Shown here piece by piece: positions 12,688 through 26,499 of a stretch of DNA of 64,000 nucleotides. A model generated the notes under the pieces. The model searched no databases and had not been told where the DNA came from. It saw only the letters and a program-made list of their open reading frames with translations. A program made the position numbers and the translations under genes. The stretch is from Callorhinchus milii (taxonomy: Eukaryota): contig NW_024704742.1 of the NCBI RefSeq assembly GCF_018977255.1, positions 66,528,001 to 66,592,000 of the forward strand, in the 5' to 3' direction. Position 1 is the first letter of the stretch; each line of letters begins with the position of its first letter.

Positions 12688-13510
12688 GAATATCATAGAA
12701 TATTACAGCACAGATGGAGTCCATTTGGCCCATTGTGCCTGTGCCGGCCTTTTGGGCATGCTACCCAGTCAGTCCCACTCCCCTGCTTTTTCCCTATATC
12801 CTTGCAAATATTTCCTCTTCAAGTACCTATTCCAATTCCCGTTTGGAAGTTGTTATTGAATCTGTTTCCACCACCCTTTCAGGCATTGCATTCCAGACAT
12901 TAACAACTCTCTGTGTGAAAAAAAATCTCCTCATCTCCCCTCTGGCTCTTTAACCAATTATCTTGAATATATGTCTGTTGGTTACCAACCCACCTGTCAG
13001 TGGAAACAGTTTCTCCCTATCTACTGTAGGGTCTATCAAAACCCCTCATAATTTTAAATCTCCCCTTAACATTTTCTGCTTACGGAGATCAATCCCAGCT
13101 TCTCCAGTCTCTCCAAATAACTAAAGTCCCTTATCCCTGGTACCATTCTGATAAATCTCCTCTGCACTTGATATCCTTCCTAAAGTGTGGTGCCCAGAAT
13201 TGGACTCAATACTCCAGCTGAGGCCTAACCAGTGACTTAGAAAGGTTTAGCAGAACTTCCTTGCTTTTATACCTTATGCCTCTATTTATAAAGCTAAGGA
13301 TCCCAAATTTTTTTTAACAGCTGTATAAAACTGTCCTACCACCTTCAAAAACCCCAGGTCTCTCTGCTCCTGTACCCCTTTAAAATTGTACCATTTATTG
13401 TATTTTGCCTCTCCTCATTTTTCTTCCCAAAATGCATCACCTCACACTTCTTTGCATTAAACTTCATCTGCCATGCGTCTGCCCATTTCACCAGTCTGTC
13501 TACTTCTTGA
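12688..13510 (-). mobile_element. CR1 LINE 3' fragment
   Basis: DRLVKWADAWQMKFNAKKCEVMHFGKKN, LVRPQLEY*VQFWAP, CR1 3' UTR and (TTCTATGA)-like tail. Confidence 0.92.
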
Positions 13511-14556
13511 CTCATGACATAAATCAAGAAAAATTCAATCAAGATAAAACTGAAAACAGACAACTGATCAAACATGGTCTTACCTTGACTCATGCGAATG
13601 TTCGAGGGTGGGGGGCTCTTGATGGCCCCAGTGCCACTTTCAGTCCGTGGGCCACAGGTTGGTCACCACTATCTAGGCTGACACTCCAGCACTGGGGGAG
13701 CGCTCCTTTGTCAGTGATGCCATACTTTGGATGAAAAGTTGAACTGAAGTCCTAGGGGCTTGATCAGCTAGGTGCTAAATATCCCTTGGCATTGTTTGAA
13801 AAGAGAAGGAAATTCCTCCTGGTGTAGAGGCTAACAAGAAAAGAGTCGGTCATTCACTTCATGGCGGTTTGGGGGACATTACTGTGCTCAAATTAGCTTC
13901 TGTGTTTGCCTTGAAAATACAGACGGCATACATTATAGAAGAGCTCTGTGAGGCATTGTAATGTGATGAGGTGCTACATCAATTGCAAGGATTATGTTTA
14001 TACAATGTCAGGCTATTGCTTGATCAAGTGCTGGGATGATCTTAGAGACATTTATTTTCCAGTTGGGGAAAAATAATTTTTGCTCCAAAATGAATCAAAA
14101 AGTTGGTAAGGCCAACAATTGTGTGCTATTTTTATCTCTCCCCACTTTCAAGTAGACGTTAATGCATTGGACGAAGATCAGAGAAGAGCAACGAGGATGA
14201 TTCTGAGACTCAACAACCATTAAGTTACAAGCAGAACTTGACAGAATTGAACTTCTTCTCGATGGAAACTAAACACTGGGCGTGGACACCATCCAAGTCT
14301 GTGAAATGTAAAAGGCAAGGATATTGCTGTATTAGTGTAAGTAGTTCTTTCAATCTGAACCATAATTGCAAAACCATAATCTGGGAGGGGGGTGGGGGAA
14401 GAACCCACAGGAACACTTCAATACAAAATTGGCAAGCTTCGAGCTGTTAGGAGATAATCCTTTTCACGGAGTAATAATAATTATCCTCGCATTTGATATA
14501 ACTGTATGCAATTGGCTGCTGCGTTTCACTCACAAACTATGCAGTCAATTCACTTT

Positions 14557-14880
14557 GGAGTCCTGTAGCTCAGTGGTTAGAGCACTCACTTAGCAAGCGA
14601 GAGACCTGAGTTCAATTCCAGGCAGGGTGAAACCTTGGGCAAGTTTCCTTACTCCACACGCCTAATAATAATCCCTCCAAAAAAACAAAAACAATAATAA
14701 ATTGGTCATTTTCAATCCACGACTGTTTGTGGGACATTGCTGTGCGCAATTGGCTGCCGTGTTCGTCCACAAATATACAGTCAATTCACTTTACAGTGTG
14801 TTCTGTGAAGTGCTTTGGGACGTCCTCCCGACGTGAAAAGCGCTATATCAAATGCAAGGATTATTATTATTATTATTATT
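14557..14880 (+). mobile_element. tRNA/CORE-like/Deu SINE, short young subfamily, nested in an older SINE tail
   Basis: A box TAGCTCAGTGG, B box GAGTTCAATTCC, (ATT)n tail; host tail continues on both sides (about 14500-14556 and 14882-14962). Confidence 0.93.
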
Positions 14881-15199
14881 TCTTTATAGTATATTCTATG
14901 AAGCGGTTTGAGACATCTCAATGATGTGATAAGATGCTATATCAAATGCAAGGATTATTATTAGTACTATTATTAGCACCTTATTGCGTATTTTGTAGAG
15001 ATGTCTCAAAATGCTTCGCAGGGATTTATTGTTAATTGAGTAGTAAAGGGCATGGGCAGAAGTGGGGCCATATTTAAGGTGGAAGGAAACTTGGGTTGGC
15101 ATCTGCAGCTAAAACGCACACGTGGAGTGATTGTGTAAGTGCTCTGAGATGTTACCCAGCGCTATGCAAATATGAGGTCGCTATACAACTGCAAGTTAT

Positions 15200-15562
15200 T
15201 GTTGCTGTTGTTGTTGTTGTTGGTGGTGTGTATTATGTAGGTGAGAACAGCAGCCAATTTCTGCCCAGCAATGTCCCACAAACAGCCATGAAGTACATGA
15301 CCAATTTGTTTTAAAATCTGGGGCTTAGTTTGCCAGGGCATGGAAGAAACTCCCTTCTCTTTTCGAATAACGCTGTGGGGTCTTTAACATTCAACTGAAC
15401 ATGAAGATAGGACATGTAAGGCTTCTGAAGGACTGTACCGTCAACATTGCAGTGCCTTGAAGTGTCAAGCCTAGACTCTGAATTCAAAGCCTTGACATGG
15501 GGAGTGAACCCACAACCTTCTGACTCATATGCGAGAGCGTTACCAACTGAGCCAAGTTGACC
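15200..15562 (-). mobile_element. DeuSINE, degraded
   Basis: Reverse-complement head (taccaactgagccaag) and Deu body. Confidence 0.75.
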
Positions 15563-17449
15563 CCTAAGTCTGCTGGGTATGGGATAAACCGCACAAGATC
15601 ACATCGATACAACAATGGGAAGTTTCAAGAAGTTTTCACAAAAAAATTTCACAGAGCAATTGATGTGTAGCATAGACGCCCATTTGAGACGTCCTCCTGA
15701 CATGGAATGCATTGTTCTACTGTGAAGGCCGCAAAGGGAGTTGTTGTATTGCAAGTTGTATTGAATCAAAAATAGTCAAACTGACTGCATAAAGGAGCAA
15801 CACAGATGGCAAAATAATAAAGCATCAACACTTAAATTCACTGCCTCCTTCAAGACTCCAGGTATTCCATTCCACACCGTGCAATTTCCACATATAGGTT
15901 GGCATAATATGTGGAACTCTCAATCTGATTTGGATACTTTTAAGGATCCTGACTGGTTTCAGCACGTGTCAGACATCCATCTGACCAAAACAAAAGACGC
16001 TAAGCCTTTGTTGCCAATAGTTACTACAGTATTTAAAAATGTGTCTGGCAACACAATGATGCTAGGAGTGGGTAGTGGTGAGACATATTGGATCCTGTTG
16101 TCAGACCGTGTTTGAATGCTTGTCACAATTCTGCCTGGGCAGAATTATTCACGTATCCTGTTTGCAGTGCCAATAATATTGTTTTTAGATTGGTTCCTCG
16201 GAAATAATTCGTTCATAGCAAACCAAGGCCAATGCCATTCAATCTGCAGTTCACACCATGTTACAGTCTGTGCCTGTGGCAAATTCAGCCCACCATCCCA
16301 TCACTTCTGGTTGATTAGGAAGATAATACTACATTACATTTGATACATCTCCTTTCACATCGGGAGGACGTCCCAAAGTGTTTCACAGGATATACTAAAA
16401 AGTCCAGTGACTGTGTATTTTATAGGTGAACAGGGCAGCCAATTATGCACACAGCAAATTTCCAGTGAATAACCAATTTTGTTAGGGAGATTGTTGACCA
16501 GAACACCAGAAATCGTTTTTGATTTTTAACATCCATCTGAACAGGCAGACCGGGATCCTGTTCAACATCTCATCCGAAGGACTGCACCTCCAACAATGAA
16601 ACACCCCCCACCCCACCCCCCACCCACCCAAGCTCTGCACTGGAGTGTCAGCCTAAATTCCATAACTTCCAATTCCAGATAAGGGACTTGGGATGTCCTC
16701 CCGATGTGAAGGGTGTTACACAAACTTTGTTGTTGATTAACCCAAATCTTTTGACTCAGAAGCGAAAGTGTTACCAACTCTGGGAAGACTGGGAACAATT
16801 TTGGCAAGCTAACATACAAATGGGGTATAATTTGAGATATTTCTTAATAAGATTCCTTAATCCACAAAGCATACAGTCACTACACTTTAGAGTATATACT
16901 TTACAGGAAGTCCTCCCAAAATAAAAGGTGCTATATCAAGTGTAAGGAAGGTTATTATTAAAATAAGAAGAAATCTGTGATCAGCGAATTTCTAAAACAT
17001 AGCATATAGTGAAGGATAAATTCTTCAGCATGTTCATTTTTTTTGTTTAGATAAATAGGGGGATGTCCCAATGTTGCAGCAGGTAGAGCCTCAGTTTATG
17101 GACCAAGAGCTCACTGGTTCGAATCCTGATCTGTGTTGAGTTTTCTGGTCTCAGCCAGGGCTTATTTGTGGAGGCAAAATTGTCCCCAGTCTTCCCAGAG
17201 GTTGGGAGAATAAAGTCAGCTGGCTTTGATCGCTCTTCAGCACTCTCTACTGGTTGTGCAGCACGGTGAAGAGAGGTCAGGCTTGGCTGCGACACACTCT
17301 GCAATCACATGGCTTGGCCAGCACTCGCTGCCAAGGCTCACACATGAACAATGTGCGATGTCCACACTTTCCAGTATATCCTGTGTGAAGCACTTTGAGA
17401 TGTTCTCCTGACCTGAAAGGCGCTGTATCAAATGTAAGAACTATTATGT

Positions 17450-17840
17450 AGGAAAATAGGAACAGGAGTAGGCCATTCAGCCACTTGAGCCTGTTCTGCC
17501 ATTCTATTAGATCATGGCTGATCTGTACCTCAACTCCAAATATCAACCCTTGCGCCATATCTCTTGATACCCTGACCTAAGAAAAATCTATCCATCTCAA
17601 TCTTGAAAATGGAGCAGCGTCCACAGCCTTTTGGGGGAGAGAGTTCCAGATATTCACTACCCTTTGAGTGAAACAGTGCTTCTTGATTTCGCACTAATTG
17701 GCCTAGTGCTAATTTTAAGATTATGCCCCTGGATTCCTCCATCAGAGGAAATAGTTTCTCTGTATCTATCCTTTTGAATCCCATTATTTTAAACACCTCA
17801 ATCAGATCATGCCTCAACCTTCTAAACTCAAGGAAATAGA
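17450..17840 (-). mobile_element. CR1 LINE 3' fragment
   Basis: RHDLIEVFKIMGFKRIDTEKLFPL, then 3' UTR ending aatggcctactcctgttcctat. Confidence 0.88.
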
Positions 17841-17912
17841 GTCAGAATTTTACAATGGACATTTGAGTGGAGGGCAACTCGTGGCCATGGAACCATACCC
17901 AACATGAGGAGG

Positions 17913-18137
17913 CTGTAAAGTGAATTGACTGTATATTTGTGGGCAAAATGCAGCAGCCAATTGCGCACAGCAGTGTCCCACAAACAGTCGTGGATTGAAG
18001 TGACCAATTTTTTTTTCTTGAGGGATTATTATCAGGGAATAAGAAAACTTGCCCAATGTTTCACCCTGCCGGGAATCAAACCCAGGTCTCTCACTTGTGA
18101 GGTGAGTTCTTTAACCACTGAGCTACAGGACTTCACA
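17913..18137 (-). mobile_element. tRNA/CORE-like/Deu SINE, tail missing
   Basis: Reverse-complement head with B box ggtttgattccc and Deu-type 3' part. Confidence 0.85.
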
Positions 18138-18164
18138 TGGGACTTCATGGGGCAGGAAATATAA

Positions 18165-18540
18165 ACACTTTCTCCAAAGTCAGAAGGCTGTTGTTTCAAG
18201 ACCCATGTCTGGGTTTGGGTCCCATATAGTCTAGGCTGACTCCCCATTGCCGTGCTGGGGGTGAGCTGCACAGTCAGAGGTGCCATCCATCGGATGAGAC
18301 ATTCGAGGTCCTGTTTGCCTGATCATCTGGACATTAAAGATCCCATGGCACTATTTGAAAATAGAAGGGAGTTTCTCCCTGTGTTCTGGTCAACCAATTC
18401 CCCAAATAAAATTGATCACTCATGTCATGGCTTTTTATGCAACATTGCTGTGCAGAAATTGGGTGCCGTATTTGCCCACAATATATATACGATTACACCA
18501 CTTTACAGTATACCTTTGAAGTGTTTTGAGATACTTATAT
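18165..18540 (+). mobile_element. DeuSINE
   Basis: tctaggctgac...gatcccatggcactatttgaaa...gctgtgcagaaattgg. Confidence 0.8.
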
Positions 18541-19364
18541 CTTATACCTTATATTAAATCTTGAAGATATAATCAAATACAAGGATTTGTTTTGTTTCAA
18601 GCACACTTACACTTGTTTCAAATACAAGTACATGGTCACTATACTATACAGTCGATCCTGTGAAGCACTTTGAGATGTGAAAGGTGTAATATCCAATACA
18701 AGGATTATATTATATATTTTCAGAGGTGCAGTCCTTTGGATGAGACATTAAACCGACATCTACTGTTTGTTCTGGTGGATGCTAAAGGTCCAATGGCACA
18801 ATTCAAAAAGAGATGTGAGTTCCTCCTGGTGTCTTGGCCAACAGACCTCAAGATAAAATCAGTTATTCACTTCATAATAATAATTACTGATCCTTGCATT
18901 TGATATCGCACCTTACATGTTGTTGAGACTTCTCAAAGCTCTTCACAGAATATACTGTAAAATGAATTGACTGTATATTTTGTGGTTGAAAATGCGGCTG
19001 CAACTTGCACACAGCAGTGTTCCACAATCTTGGCTGTTTTGGGGACATTGCTGTGTGCAAATTGGCTGCTGTATTTACCAACAAATACAGAGTGACGAGA
19101 AAAAATTATGTGAAGTGCTTTAAGTCATTTTACCGATGTGATAAGGTGCTACATGAAATGTAAACCTTATGATTGTTATGATTCAAAGTTCTAAATGGAA
19201 GGTAAAGGCAACTCACAAATACTGCACAACCTATAATTATCCGGGATACAGTGAGATATTTCCCATTAAATTGCCTCCTTATTGTTTAACGCTCTCTTCT
19301 TAGCTGACTCGAGACTAGGATTAGCTGTTATCCTGCAATTCTTTACTGTGCAAATAAACGAGGC

Positions 19365-19936
19365 TCGACTATGCAAACTTCCTGCTTTTCAGCCTCCCCA
19401 ACCCCTCCCTCCAAAGGCTACAGATCATCCAGAATTCTGCAGCCCATGTCCTCTCCCGCACCAGGCTCCATGACCCTATCACCCTCATCCTCACCCAGCT
19501 CCAATGGCTTCCCATTACACACAGGATACAGTTCAAGATTCTGGTTCTCACCTTCAAAGCTCTCCATGGCCTTGCTCCTCCCTACCTCTGTGACCTCCTA
19601 AACCCCTACCAAGCTTTCCACTCACTCCACTTAGCGGGCTCCAGCCTGCTTCACGTCCCTTGCCTTATCTGCCCCACCATTGGCAGGTGGGCCTTCAGTC
19701 TCTCTACTCCACCCTCTGGAACTCCATCCCACAGTTCCTCCATCTCGCCCCCTCTTTTGCTTCCTTCAAGACTCTTCTCAAGACCCTCCTCTTCGACCCT
19801 AACTTTGGTCACTCTCCTACCCCTACCCTCCTAATCCCAACTCCCAGCTCGGGTGCGGACCCCTGACTGTCCAACGCTTTGGGACATTCTCCTGGCATGA
19901 AAGGCGCTATACAAATGTAATTGGTTGTTGTTGTTG
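19365..19936 (+). mobile_element. L2 LINE 3' fragment
   Basis: Collinear with 6680-7341; (TTG)n tail. Confidence 0.9.
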
Positions 19937-20239
19937 CTCTAGTTAACATGCCTCACTGCAAAAACAACAGCAACAACAACTTGCATGTACATAGTGTCCT
20001 TCATGTGGAGTCGCCTCTCAGAGATGCACGATAGACTCAGCTACACTTTGCCTTAGCAATGTGGGGTTTTCAATGTTTGAAATCCCTGTAATAACAAGAG
20101 GTGACAAATGCCAAGTTTCTGATTAATAATACCGTCATGATAATAATAACAATAATAATAATAATCCTCACATTTGAGAATGCACCTTATCACATGGCAC
20201 TTTTTGAAAAGAGAAGGGATTTTCTCCCGGTGTCCTGAC

Positions 20240-20975
20240 AAGCCATTTCTGAATAGTCTTATTAACAGTCCTAGTCGTATCAATGTTTATAGGAACTATG
20301 CTTGTCTTGTACTGCCACATGCATCCATATTCAATTTGTAGGTCAACATACTTACTAATCTTCTCTAGTTCCTTATTTTATGCATTGTACTCACTTGGAA
20401 TGGCCATATCAATGATACTACATGTACAATCTAATTGCTTTTTATGATGATATTTGGTTTATTATGCATTACTGTTCTATCTGTATGCATTTGTAAGACC
20501 CAGATTATTGTGATATTACCTTTTGATGTCACATTTGATGATTGATATTTATATCAGTTGGTATTCACCTCAATATATCTTTTGCCCACAAAATATACAA
20601 TCAACTCACTTTACAGTATATTCTGTGAAGACATCTCAAAAACACGATAAGACGCTATATGAAATGCAAGGATTATTAATATAACATCAAAGTGTTTCCA
20701 AATTGTTGATTGGATATACTTAGCTATACTGTTATTTTGATTCAGGTGCTCTAGGGCTGGACATGATGAAAATATGAGGTCCATTGCTGGTGCTTGATTC
20801 GGGAATTCGGATCAATGTTTTTCTTTAAAATCTTATTTTCATAATAATGCGTAATAATAGCTTGATCTTGTGCTGATATTATGAGAGCTTCAGTTTTGAC
20901 TTTCAGATGCCCATTAGTCAACCAGTTGTAGCTTTGTTTCATATCTAGGCTTTGTTCTTTAATTTCTATAATAAT
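20240..20975 (-). mobile_element. Fossil R4/Dong-clade non-LTR retrotransposon, post-RT region and restriction-like endonuclease; SINE tail inserted at about 20578-20678
   Basis: WLTNGHLKVKTEALIISAQDQAIITHYY, then IIWVLQMHTDRTVMHNKPNIII and, after a frameshift, IIDMAIPSEYNA*NKELEKISKYVDLQIEYGCMWQYKTSIVPINI. Confidence 0.85.
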
Positions 20976-21111
20976 TGTAGCTAGTAAAGATATTCCCAGA
21001 GTGCAAGTTGTTTTTTTACTGCAGTGTTAACACTGTGTTTCACGGATGACTAGATTACAAGATTGGTTTGGATGAAAAAAGGCCTTCAGCCAATCTGATC
21101 TCATCTCATGT

Positions 21112-21493
21112 GGAGTCCTGTAGCTCAGTGGCTACAGCACTCACCTCACAAGTGAGAGACCTGGTTCATTTCCCGGCAGGACAAAACATTGGGCAAGTTT
21201 CCTCACTGCCTCTATTTACCCAGCAGTCAGTAGGAACCCGGTTGTTAGTTGATTGATGGATTGCTTTTCTGGGGGTAATAATTCCTTCAAAAAAAAATGT
21301 AAAAATTATTTGGTTACTCAATCCACAACTATTTGTGGCACACGGCTGTCCTGCTAAATATATGTCCTCCTGTTGGCTGCTGTATTTCGTCCACAAAATT
21401 TACAGAAAATTCACTACACAGTATATTCAGTGAAGCGTTTTGAGAAGGCGTGATAAAGCGCTATAGCAAATGCAAGGATTATTATTGTTATTA
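21112..21493 (+). mobile_element. tRNA/CORE-like/Deu SINE, long subfamily
   Basis: ggagtcctgtagctcagtgg head, long middle block, tail. Confidence 0.88.
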
Positions 21494-21529
21494 TCTGTTC
21501 AGAATCCTTACCCTAACATCCCCCATCAC

Positions 21530-22290
21530 TGCATCAACCTGCTTTTTAAAATGAGTGTCCTGACTTCCACAACCTTTCCTGACAACTTGTTCCATTTATT
21601 TGCCTTCAAATAAAGAAAAACTTCCTGTTATCTTCCTGAAATTTCCCTTTGAAATGCTAAACATATGTCCTCCAGTTCTACTGTCTTGGTGTATCCTAAA
21701 GTATCGTTCTGGGTTTACTTTTTCAATCTCATTTAAAACTGTATACACTAATATGAGGTCCCCTTCTCTGAAGACTGAAAAGTCCAAGCTTGTCTAATTG
21801 TTGTTCATAGCTCATTTCTATAACACTGGAGATCATTCTTCAAATCCCTTCATGCCCTGGCACCTCCCTACTTCTCTGACCTGCTTACTCTCCAACCCAC
21901 TACTGCCTCTGTTCGACTGGCTCTGGCCTCCTGCTTGTCCTCGTATCCTCTGTTGCATCATTGGTGGCCGTACTTTCAGTCACTACGCCCCAAAACTCTG
22001 GAACACTCTACCTGTATCCCTCCTTCCCCATCTTCAGGTTGTGTCTGAGGACCTTCCTCTTCGATAGTGCTTACCGTCACCCCCCACTTCATCCCCTGGT
22101 TCGGCTTCAGGCTCCGCCAATGTCAAATGCTCCGGGATGATACCCTGTGTGAGGGCGATATATAAATGCAAGTTGTTGCTGTTCCATTGCCTCTTGGGCC
22201 CAGATGGCCACCTTAGGTTGTGGAGATCAGAACTGTATGCAGTATTTCTAGGTGCAGCCTGACCTGAGCATTCTATTGTTTCAGGGTCAC
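21530..22290 (-). mobile_element. Old CR1 fragment interrupted by a plus-strand L2 3' fragment (about 21850-22182)
   Basis: VRLHLEILHTV-like/EYC.QF.SP remnant at 22220-22270 and DFSVFREGDLILVYTVLNEIEKVNPERYF at 21700-21787; intervening L2 ends ataaatgcaagttgttg. Confidence 0.7.
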
Positions 22291-23439
22291 AGTATATGGC
22301 TTGAAAGATTAAAATGCTCGTCCCAGAGAGCTGGAGCCAGAGGGGTATGTCAGCCAGGGTCAGTGCCTTTACCCCAGGGTAAGGCTTGAATGGGTCTCAA
22401 CAATAAATCACAGTCTGAGGTTAAGAGATGGGATCAGCTAAGTCTGAGTCGGCTTGGAGACCAAAGGGAGCAAAGAGAAAGCATGGGCAGATCTGTTGAA
22501 GGGGTCATGTGAAATCATGAAGCTGCTCCTGTGTTCAGAGGTTAAAGGCTGGGGCGTCAGAGGTTGAGGTCAGAAGCAACCGAGTTCAGAAGCCTGTTGC
22601 ACCAGGCCATAAAAGCAGACCTGAAAGACCACATCAATGTTGCCACCTGTTGTCGTTTGAGTAGTCCTCTGGAAATTTAGACCCAGGACCGAATGTCTGA
22701 CTTTTAAAATACAAATCCTTTTTCCATCATCCCCTCCCCCACCACCCCACCCCCATCAATAACATCTGTATTTTTATGATGTGGAGGCACTCATGTTCAA
22801 TTCATTTGCATCAGCAAGCACAATAGGTCCTACAACATTTACCTGGTCTTAACCTTAAGACTCTTGCCTTGAAATTTAAGACCGTGCAGGGTTTTGGAAA
22901 ATCCATGAATTCAGTCTTGATTTGGAAACAGATTTTCCGATTTGGAAACTGATTTTAAAAAAGGAGACTGAATTTAAGAATTCTCTCAGTTTCTGCACAA
23001 TCTTAAATTTTAAGCCAATTGGCTCAGACTATCAGAAATGTTGAGTCTCACGACTCCAGTTATAATGGAGCTCTCTGGTGGGGGTGGGGTGGGAGAGAAA
23101 GGAGCACTAGGGCTAGAGGGGCTCAGCTCCCCAAATCTATCACCAGTCACCTCTTTAAGGGGAGCTGAGAAGGGAAAGCCCTGAACCCTGAGGAGGACCA
23201 CAATGAGTCCTCCGAGAAGCACCAACTTCTTGCGCCTCTTCCAATTTGTCGGTGGAACCCACCTCCAGTCCCATGAATTGCTTGTCAGGATGTCTTCAGC
23301 TCTGATTGATTGATGGACCTGTCTTAATAGGAACCAACCCTTTGACTGAGATTTACTCAGGCCCCTCAAAAGAATGTCTTCACCTGTCGTCTATGGTGCC
23401 CGTGGGTAACAACTTTTCACACAACCGGTTAATAGGCAA

Positions 23440-23735
23440 GTCAGTGACTAGAGGCATCAATTTAAGACAGTTGACAAACAAGTAAATGGGGAGGTTAGCA
23501 GAAATGTTTTCACACAGAAGGGTTAGGATATGGAATGCTCTGCCGGGAGGGGTGGTTTGGAGGCAGGATCCATATTAGCTTTCAAAAGGGAACTGGATAG
23601 ATACCTAAAAGAAACAAACCACTGGGTTGTGGGGAAAAGGCAAGTCAATGGAACTGAAGGGATAAGTCTTTGAAAGAGCCAGTGTAGGCACAATGGGCTG
23701 AATGGCCTTCTTCTGTACTGTAGGTTTCGACGCTT
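23440..23735 (+). mobile_element. CR1 LINE 3' end
   Basis: actagaggcatcaatttaag...ttttcacacagaagggttaggatatggaatgctctgcc...atgggctgaatggccttcttctgtactgt. Confidence 0.8.
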
Positions 23736-25127
23736 CTAAGTAAAGTCTTTCACTAGACTGTGTTAGCTTATTGGATTTGCTGTCTCCAATTTCGCTGGCT
23801 GACACTCTGCATTAGGGTTGGGGATCAAATTCAGAGCTGCTTTGAGCTACTTAAGGTTGTCATGCTCTATTAATATTCATTCAGTCTTACGTGCAGAAAC
23901 AATGATATTGGAGTGAAGTCCATCTTGCTGTGTGTTTATATGTCTGAGTGCGTTTTTAATTCACACCCACAGCAAAATGACTCCCAGAAGCTCGCATTGT
24001 CAGTACCGCAATAACACTCTGATGCTCACAATGCACCACCTGCCCCCTTCTGTAGCCCGAAGCACTCAGTTTATTTTGCTCATTTCAAGCGTCATGTCAG
24101 ACTTATTTTCCCTCGCATAGGTGACTATATTGCAACAGCTGGCTTTACGATTTACAGCAGTGTGCTGGAAAACCAATGCCATTGACCTCTGATGCTCTCT
24201 AGTAACCATCATCCAGCTATAGGAAGCCAGCTTGCTAGCTAATTCCCATTTTAACATGTCCTGTTGGTAGTTTACCTAAGCAAGGCCTTGATCCATTATA
24301 TGACAAACACAATACAATTTATAAATTTACATTTATAACTTTCTCCTCATGTTGGGAGGACGTCCCAAAACACTGGCTCGGCAACAGAGCTGCGGTGAGA
24401 GCTGGGGGTGGGGAGAGGAAAGATGTCTGAAAGATTGTTCAAAGAGGTAGTTCTTGAGATGAAACTTTGAATAGGCAAGGAAGGGAAGAAGTCGGAGAGA
24501 ATCTAGGATGGAGTTTCAGAGAGTGGGGATAGAAAGGATGAAAACCCACGTGCCGATGGTGGGACACGTAAGAAAGGGGACATGGAGCAATGAGGGAAGG
24601 GAGTGGCCAGGTCAGTAGGATTTGTGGAGGTCACAGAGATAAGGTGGGGGCAAGATTGTGGAGGGAAATGATATGAGGTACAGAAGACCTGAGATACCAT
24701 TACATTTAGCCTGTAACCAATTTGTCCTAAAATTTCAGATCCTGCAGAATTGCAGAAATTTCTTATCTTTGGTGCTAAATTGAACGTCTGTCCTTTTAAA
24801 GAACTGCAGAAAACTGTAAGAGTTGATTCTTAAAATGCCCCACAATCTTACAAATGGGGAAAAGGTGAGGAAATTAGACTGAATTGATTGCTCTTTAAAA
24901 GAGCCAGTACAGACACGATGGGCCAAATGGCCTTCTTCTGTGCTATAAGTTTCTCTGGTTCTCAGATTCTAATTGAAGACATGTTAAGACTAGACGGGAA
25001 TTTGAGGCCTAGAGGGAGGTTTGAATTTATTGTTGAGGTTGAGTATGTAATATTTTAAGCAAAAATTAAATAAATATGTTAAACTTTATATTACAGTGTA
25101 TGGGAAAGCCAGAAGGCAGTATCTGAC

Positions 25128-25420
25128 TGATTCAGTCGGAATCACTCTCATCTCTGAGTCGGAAGATTGTGTGTTCAAACACTGAGTTAGGACCTTGAAC
25201 TTGCAGTCCAGACTGACACTGCAATACACTGCTGGGGGAACGCTGCATTGTCGGAGGTGTCATCCTTCAGATGAGACAGTAAATTGAGGTCTCGTCTGCC
25301 TGTTCAGATGGATGTTAAAGCTCCTATGGCGTTACTTGAAAAGAGAAGACAGTTTCTCCTGTTGTCCAGACTAACAATCCCCCAATAAAATTGGTCATGT
25401 TTGTGGGACATTGCTGTGTG
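25128..25420 (+). mobile_element. DeuSINE
   Basis: Head with gtgttcaaac and Deu domain ggaggtg...cagatgagac...gatgttaaag. Confidence 0.8.
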
Positions 25421-25704
25421 GAAACTGTACTCCAAATACACAATTGCAGCAATTACAGACCTTTGAGATGTTTCCACTTCATACTTGTGGTGTCAAATGC
25501 TGAGTGTTATATTTACCTTGGACGCTTTAACATGATCTCCCATAAAGTTGGAAAAAACATATTTTTTACCATTTAATTCTGTGTTCGCACGCTCTTTGTT
25601 TGGTGAGTGAACATCAACAGCCCCAAAGTTTTTTGGCAGCTGAGCGGTAGCAAATTGAACCAATTTACAGTGCCATTATCTGGGGTTTTCAATGTAATAA
25701 TGAT

Positions 25705-26012
25705 AATAAATAATAATAATCCCTGCATTTGATATAGCAGTTTTCACATCTTCTAGATTTTTCAACGTGCTTCCAAGAATATACTGTAAAGTTAATTGAC
25801 TGTTTATTTGTGGACGAAACGCGGCAGCCAATTGTGCACAGCAGTGTCCCTCAAACAGTCGTGAAGTGAATGATCAATTTTATTTTGAGGATTATTGGCC
25901 AGGACACCAGGAGAGAGAAACTCCCTTCTCTGTTCGAATAGCGCTGTGGGAGATCATTAATGTCCAGCTGAATAGGCAGACAGGACCCTGATATAATGTC
26001 TTCTCTGAAGGA
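25705..26012 (-). mobile_element. DeuSINE 3' part
   Basis: (AAT)n tail and reverse-complement Deu domain. Confidence 0.85.
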
Positions 26013-26499
26013 AAGCGTGGTCTGGGTACTCTATCCTGCAACCACCTGTCTAACATAACCAATGACCACTCTTTTAAATTTTTTTAAACAGTTTTCAGGC
26101 CCCAAGGAACCAACAAACCCTTACTCAGAGGCCATTCTTATACAAAGGACACTTTGGTCCAGTCTCCTGAGTGATTGCTGAAAACAGGTTTCACTGTGCA
26201 CCCGAACAGGTAGAAGGTCCTTGGTTTTAATGTCTCATTCAAAGTATATCCTGCGAAGCATTCCTGGCATGAAGTAGCCCTGTACCAAATGCAAGGATTA
26301 TTATTACTTTTTAAGTCTGTCTCTATGGTGATGGGTAGAGTTGAGGGAGAGAGAGGAAGGGAATATCCATCGTGAAGCAGACAACAAATTTGGAACTTTC
26401 CAAGTCTGAGAACAGCGGGTGTCCAATTGTGCTGTCTTACATTCAGGCGGGTACTCAATAGAGTGTGGTTTGCATTGGGAAGGCATTTAGCAGGCGTGC

